Positions 25,559 through 29,824 of a stretch of DNA of 29,824 nt are shown here, in pieces. Position 1 is the stretch's first letter, and each line of letters opens with the position of its first letter. The translations under genes and the position numbers were made by a program. This DNA is from a virus (taxonomy: Duplodnaviria > Caudoviricetes). The stretch spans positions 1-29,824 of the IMG/VR virus record IMGVR_UViG_3300010236_000011. One strand, written 5' to 3'. A model generated the notes under the pieces. The model worked only from the letters and a program-made list of their open reading frames with translations. It did not search any database and was not told where the DNA came from.

Positions 25559-26766
25559 ACCTCGTAAGTATGCTCGGCAAATAACTCCAAGCAGCCAAAA
25601 TCGGCACGTTCTACTGCCATCTCGAGGTATTTCGGATTTAGGTCAATATAAATACTGCTGCGTTCTAGTCTTTTGGCCACGATTGATACCGTACCAGCTC
25701 CTCCGAAGCAATCAAGAACAACACTCGAGCCGGTACCATCGTTGTCAGAGCAAGAACAAGTAGGAGTCCAACCCTCGGTTTGTGCCATGGTAGGTTGCCA
25801 AGGAACGCTTGATCCAAAATGGCTATTAATTCTATCGCTACTTCCGAGCTTGCGTTCTTTATTACCGCTGCCTTTGCCTGGTGCCGGCAATGATTTGCCC
25901 ATTACTCTTTTCCATGGCGATCCGCACTCAGGGCAGGCCATGGGGCTTGTCCCGGCTAAAATGCACGGCTCTACCAACCCTTGGGGAAAGGTAGCAAAAT
26001 GGGCCTCGGGAAACGGTTCCGGCGATATGGTCCACACATCCCGTTTATTACGTCCTCCTGTAGTATCAAGAGACTTAAAACCCTTGTGTGGCTGAATCGC
26101 CCCGTCTTTATTCCAAGGTTCGTTGGACCTATCACGGCCAGTGGATTCGGGACCATAGCGCTTATCATAAAGATGGCTAACCGCTTCTTCTTTTATCGCC
26201 TCGGCATCATAGTAGTAGGTCCTATTCTTAGTAAAAAGAAAGACATACTCGTGCGATCTGGTGGGCCGGTCGGTTACGCTTTCTGGCATCGGGTTTGGTT
26301 TTGCCCATATAATATCGCTCCGCAAATACCACCCATCAGCCTGGAGGGCAAAAGCTGTGCGCCAAGGAATGCCAACCAGGTCTTTAGCCTTGAGTTCCCC
26401 AGCCAGCCTCGATGTAACAGGTCTGGAGATCTTCTCGCAATTTCCACCAAACCGCCTTGCCTCAATATCGTCCCTTGCATAAGACATTGCACCCCATGAA
26501 CCGGCGTAACTATCCCCTAAGTTCAGCCACAACGTGCCATCGTTTCGTAAAACCCGCTTTACTTCATGGAAAACCGCCAACATCTTGTCCACATATTCAT
26601 CAGGCGTTGCTTCTAAACCATACTGACCTTCGATGCCGTAGTCACGAAGTCCCCAGTAGGGAGGAGAGGTAATACAACAATGAACACTTTCCTCAGGAAG
26701 GCTTCGCAGAACCCGGAGGGCATCCCCACAGTAAAATGCATGATGCGTCTTGGTTATGATCCCCAT
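25528..26766 (-). CDS. DNA methyltransferase, N4-cytosine/N6-adenine, beta class
   Basis: Catalytic 'TSPPY' near N-terminus, 'IIWAKPNPMPESVTDRPT', 'HFATFP', SAM motif 'VLDCFGGAGT'. Confidence 0.93.
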   Translation of the reverse strand: MGIITKTHHAFYCGDALRVLRSLPEESVHCCITSPPYWGLRDYGIEGQYGLEATPDEYVDKMLAVFHEVKRVLRNDGTLWLNLGDSYAGSWGAMSYARDDIEARRFGGNCEKISRPVTSRLAGELKAKDLVGIPWRTAFALQADGWYLRSDIIWAKPNPMPESVTDRPTRSHEYVFLFTKNRTYYYDAEAIKEEAVSHLYDKRYGPESTGRDRSNEPWNKDGAIQPHKGFKSLDTTGGRNKRDVWTISPEPFPEAHFATFPQGLVEPCILAGTSPMACPECGSPWKRVMGKSLPAPGKGSGNKERKLGSSDRINSHFGSSVPWQPTMAQTEGWTPTCSCSDNDGTGSSVVLDCFGGAGTVSIVAKRLERSSIYIDLNPKYLEMAVERADFGCLELFAEHTYEVCYMEQARAE

Positions 26767-26882
26767 CTTTTATTCACCATCCAGTAGTGACTGCCTGTGT
26801 AATTCGCCGGCTCCGGCAGCATCGCCACATCCTCCAGGATCCAGACGTAGCATCAGCGACAGTCCACCAAAAATGCCTTCAC
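26754..26882 (-). pseudogene. Remnant of an ASCH-like gene C-terminus
   Basis: VKAFLVDCR*CYVWILEDVAMLPEP resembles the 'YAWxLxDV..LPEP' end of phage ASCH proteins; contains an in-frame TGA. Confidence 0.35.
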
Positions 26883-27079
26883 TTGTCCCGTCCAAGAGCC
26901 TTGGCCACTGTCACATGCTCCGCCTCGGCCTCCCTTAATTCCTTAATGCGCTCTGACCAATAGCGCCCCGTTTCTCCGTACAACCATCGGTCTGTGGCAG
27001 GCGCAAAAGCCCAATGATGGAGAAGTTCTTTATAAGACATGTTGTCTATATACTGCTTGTTAGCCGCGGTCAACTTCAT
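26879..27079 (-). CDS. Hypothetical protein
   Basis: ATG at 27079 after AAGGAG; 66 aa. Confidence 0.65.
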   Translation of the reverse strand: MKLTAANKQYIDNMSYKELLHHWAFAPATDRWLYGETGRYWSERIKELREAEAEHVTVAKALGRDK

Positions 27080-28085
27080 TCTGCCTACTCCTTTCCGGAA
27101 TTTGTTCCCATTCCTGCCCGTCCAACAGGCGCCCAGCAGCTTTCTTGCCAACCTTTAGCGACACATGTCGGCCATCCCATTCATGGGACCCAACACGATT
27201 AAAACTACTGCTCCCGTTTTGGTACTTACACCACAAGGGGCGATCGTATAGCCAACTAGTTGCTTCTCCAGGTACCCATTCTCCCCAGCCCTTGAAAAAG
27301 AATGGCGTTCCTGTTTCCTGAGATTGATCTCTTAAACTTCGTATCCAATCAATGTGACAAGGCCTGGCACCCGGGCCACTCTCACCGCCACATATTACCC
27401 AGTCTATTTTCGCCCACGATAAAGTTTGCCACTCGCAGCCATGTTCCATGGCCTCTGCGCGCTCATAGTACAGTCCACCAACAGCATCAATACGACCCCA
27501 CCCAAACTGATCTCCACCGATACGAGTCAGGTCCACCGGCCCCAGCATCGGCTCTACCGAAACGAACCTTATTGCTGCTGGTATCTGGAGCAACCGTGGT
27601 ATTCGCCCATCGGCAGTCTTTTGGTTCTCCACTGACACGCCTAGCCACAGATTAGGGAGGTAGTCCCCGCCACCAAGTTCACGCACGGGAACCTCTGGAG
27701 TTACACTATACAATTTTTGTTGCAGGTTCTGAGGTCTTTTGGTCAATACTATAAACGTGTGTTGCGGACATGCGGCGATAACCTCCAGTACTCGGTCGAT
27801 AAATGCTTCTGGAATATCGTCGTGGAAAAGGTCACTCATGCTGTTCACGAAAATCCGCCGCGGCTTCTTCCACCGCAAAGGTTCTTCCAATTTTTCCGGG
27901 TGCAACGTCACCCGAAAAGGATCGTCCTCCGGATACCCGCACCGACCGGCCAGGCGGCGGGAAAACCGCTTGGCATAGCAGTTGGCACAGCCGGCGCTGA
28001 CTTTGCTGCAGCCGGTCACAGGATTCCAGGTTTCCCCTGGAGTGCCCTGTGGATTTTTAACCCATTCTATTTTCGTACTCACCAT
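27060..28085 (-). CDS. DUF5131 / phage Gp37Gp68 family protein (three-Cys, radical-SAM-like)
   Basis: 'TKIEW', 'TWNPVTGCSKVSAGCANCYA', 'IFVNSMSDLFH', 'LTKRP', 'WVICGGESG', 'PFFFKGWG'; start after AGGAGGTG. Confidence 0.92.
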   Translation of the reverse strand: MVSTKIEWVKNPQGTPGETWNPVTGCSKVSAGCANCYAKRFSRRLAGRCGYPEDDPFRVTLHPEKLEEPLRWKKPRRIFVNSMSDLFHDDIPEAFIDRVLEVIAACPQHTFIVLTKRPQNLQQKLYSVTPEVPVRELGGGDYLPNLWLGVSVENQKTADGRIPRLLQIPAAIRFVSVEPMLGPVDLTRIGGDQFGWGRIDAVGGLYYERAEAMEHGCEWQTLSWAKIDWVICGGESGPGARPCHIDWIRSLRDQSQETGTPFFFKGWGEWVPGEATSWLYDRPLWCKYQNGSSSFNRVGSHEWDGRHVSLKVGKKAAGRLLDGQEWEQIPERSRQNEVDRG

Positions 28086-28093
28086 TCCACCTC

Positions 28094-28435
28094 CTAAACC
28101 ATCTCTATAGGCGGCATTGGTAGGTAGACATTTTGCGGCCGCCATAGATGCAGAACGTAGGGGTGATTATTTACATAGTCCACCTTGGCTGGGTGGTATT
28201 GCACCACGCATTCATCCTCCCGAAAGAAGATATCTTTTATCTCGCACATCTCTCCCCAGGTGCAACAGCGGTTTTTATAGCTCACCGAAACGTGGTCCCA
28301 GCCATCGCCCCAGCTAAATACGACCATCACCGGTTTGCGGCTTCCAGCGAGATATGTGATTGCCCACCCGCCATCTTCGCCGACCTCTTGTATAATTAGT
28401 TTTGAGTTTTGCTTGATCTCCTCGAGTGATTTCAC
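28094..28435 (-). CDS. Conserved phage hypothetical protein (DUF7694-like)
   Basis: 'GWDHVSVS..RCCTWGEMCEIKDIFF...VQYHP...YVNNHPYVLHLWRP'. Confidence 0.75.
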   Translation of the reverse strand: MKSLEEIKQNSKLIIQEVGEDGGWAITYLAGSRKPVMVVFSWGDGWDHVSVSYKNRCCTWGEMCEIKDIFFREDECVVQYHPAKVDYVNNHPYVLHLWRPQNVYLPMPPIEMV

Positions 28436-28752
28436 GGGTTTACCACCTCGAAATCAACGACCCATACCTCGGCGTCGGGATTCCACCACCCGTAAATCCG
28501 CTTAAAAACCTCCTTGTAAGCCTCGACAGTCGGGTAGCCTTCCCTTTTTGCATCGTCCTCCGAGATGTCCCCCAGGCGCTCCTGGTGGACGAAGACAATG
28601 CGGAGTAGGGCAAAAGGCTTGCTGCCTTTGCTAAAATTTAGTTTGGCCTGATGTATGGACCCCAGGCGCCACCGGCGTTTACCGGTGCGCCTGGTTTGGG
28701 TCTTTTCACCCCACAGAATAGGATCGACGTGTTCGGGCTTAAAAAGGATCAT
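28432..28752 (-). CDS. ASCH domain protein
   Basis: 'ILWGEKTQTRR', 'ERLGDISEDDAKREG', 'VWVVDF'. Confidence 0.85.
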   Translation of the reverse strand: MILFKPEHVDPILWGEKTQTRRTGKRRWRLGSIHQAKLNFSKGSKPFALLRIVFVHQERLGDISEDDAKREGYPTVEAYKEVFKRIYGWWNPDAEVWVVDFEVVNP

Positions 28753-28753
28753 C

Positions 28754-29107
28754 TTAAATCATCACCCCCGCTTCGGCGCCGCAAACTTGCTCCAAAAATA
28801 CGTGCGCCATTTGTAGCCGATGTTCGAGGTCTTTAGCCAATTTCTTCGCTTCAGCAACAGGATACTTTTCTGCCCTGCACCAGAACCCGCCCGCCAAGAA
28901 ACATCTTTGCTTTTCTTTGGGATAGCGAGAAGTGGCGATGATAAGCTCTTGAATAGGCTCAACGACCGCTCCTTCTAATCCTTCGTCATTCGGTATATTC
29001 AGGATCCTGAATACATTACCGTTATACCCATCCCAAATAATATCGCCCACCTTAAAACGAACATCCGGGCAATGATATTTTGTTATGGGCGCCATATTTA
29101 TCACCAC
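28754..29107 (-). CDS. Hypothetical protein
   Basis: 117-aa ORF in operon; probable start at the internal ATG after AGGTGG. Confidence 0.6.
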   Translation of the reverse strand: MVINMAPITKYHCPDVRFKVGDIIWDGYNGNVFRILNIPNDEGLEGAVVEPIQELIIATSRYPKEKQRCFLAGGFWCRAEKYPVAEAKKLAKDLEHRLQMAHVFLEQVCGAEAGVMI

Positions 29108-29149
29108 CTATTACTTTTTTTCATCTTGATTGGTTCCTGTCTTCTGGTT

Positions 29150-29786
29150 TCATGTAGCTGTCACCAGGTTTTTCCGCGATTCCGCAGGATCTTTAATCAC
29201 TTGATAATCATGTTCATCAAATAGCTCCCGCTGATTAAAGTCCATCCGGGAAAGAGCTATTCTTAGGTAATCATCGTTGGTATCGATATAGATACTATTT
29301 CGCAGTAATTTCTTGCACGCTACAGACGTGGTACCAGAACCTCCGAAGGCATCTAACACAATATCCCCCTCATTGCTGCTATACATAATCCACGGCTCTA
29401 TCACAGTCAACGGTTTCTGAGTGGGATGAATACTTCGTTCCCTGCCGCCACAAATCGGATGCTCTATGAAGTTCTCCTGCTGGCCAAGCTGCCAATTGAA
29501 AGTATGTCCAGAACCGGTGTTCTTGGTGGCAAAGACAAGTGCCTCGGTAGCCGACATAAAATTCACCTTGCGCATCTGGGGAACAGGGTTGGTCTTATGC
29601 CAAATGATTGTATTCCGAATGAACAAACCGTAGCGTTCTAATAGTTTGGCCAGGATATATGTTCTTTCTTTGGGAAAGAAGGAGTAAAAAGAACCGCAGG
29701 GCCGAAGTAACCTGGCCGCTTCCTTTATACCAACTCCCAATGCATTTTCTTGTATCAACGCCCTTGTCGTGGATGATGCTTACCAT
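29150..29786 (-). pseudogene. DNA methyltransferase (beta class) lacking N-terminal catalytic motif
   Basis: 'IIWHKTNPVP', 'HPTQKP', 'VLDAFGGSGTT' present; no (D/S/N)PPY; likely ATG (29786) is in a different frame from the body. Confidence 0.65.
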
Positions 29787-29824
29787 CTCGTTATGGCGCC
29801 TGCCTTAAATAATCCCAGCTGCTT
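29780..29824 (-). CDS. 3' end of upstream gene (truncated by window)
   Basis: Open frame KQLGLFKAGAITRW* with a QLxLF clamp-binding-like motif; stop overlaps the ATG at 29786. Confidence 0.4.
   Translation of the reverse strand, partial: KQLGLFKAGAITRW

Larger units (their letters stand above)
1..29824 (-). mobile_element. Myovirus-type phage/prophage segment (SPO1/Twort-like morphogenesis module), probably infecting a Firmicute
   Basis: Co-oriented terS-terL-portal-MuF-neck-protease-scaffold-capsid-sheath genes; no host housekeeping genes; no integrase or att site in the window. Confidence 0.95.

Noticed and set aside
26853-26855. In-frame TGA suggesting stop-codon recoding
   Set aside because: All three stops terminate normal genes in this window; gene decay is simpler
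28086-28145. N-terminal extension of DUF5131 ORF
   Set aside because: Overlaps the previous gene; RBS and family N-terminus 'TKIEW' indicate a start at 28085
334-29641. Numerous plus-strand ORFs in the track
   Set aside because: They are antisense shadows of well-supported minus-strand genes, with no recognisable motifs
1-29824. CRISPR arrays, tRNAs, introns/inteins, IS elements, integrase
   Set aside because: No regular repeat-spacer pattern, cloverleaf, splicing motif or transposase seen; terL, portal and capsid frames are uninterrupted

Overview
The whole window is phage or prophage DNA, and every supportable gene lies on the minus strand. Strong AGGAGG Shine-Dalgarno sites and sigma-A-like promoters suggest a Firmicutes (Clostridia-like) host. 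It encodes a contractile-tailed virus with a SPO1/Twort (Herelleviridae)-like head, neck and sheath module. In transcription order (right to left) it holds: (1) an accessory region with two DNA methyltransferases (one damaged), ASCH, DUF5131/Gp37Gp68 and small ORFs; (2) terS, terL and portal; (3) a ~9 kb putative head-cargo cluster with a CxxCxxCC protein, a putative RNase, a ParB-like protein, MuF, a ~1260-aa JAB/RadC + zincin polyvalent protein, a half-ferritin and a ChaB-like/DUF6582 protein; (4) neck genes interrupted by a lipoprotein; (5) a self-promoted moron of 7 small ORFs including a ribbon-helix-helix regulator; (6) head decoration protein, prohead protease, scaffold and major capsid; (7) tail terminator and the start of the tail sheath. 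The most notable signal is a recurring (hydrophobic)-x-K-[S/A] motif, the probable prohead-protease cleavage site. It sits at the domain boundaries of the cargo proteins, and in the giant protein it twice precedes a duplicated 'IPxGARWITI...DGxIxGGxVP' leader. This suggests a virion-packaged polyprotein effector system processed during maturation. Family assignments come from motif recognition by eye, not database searches.
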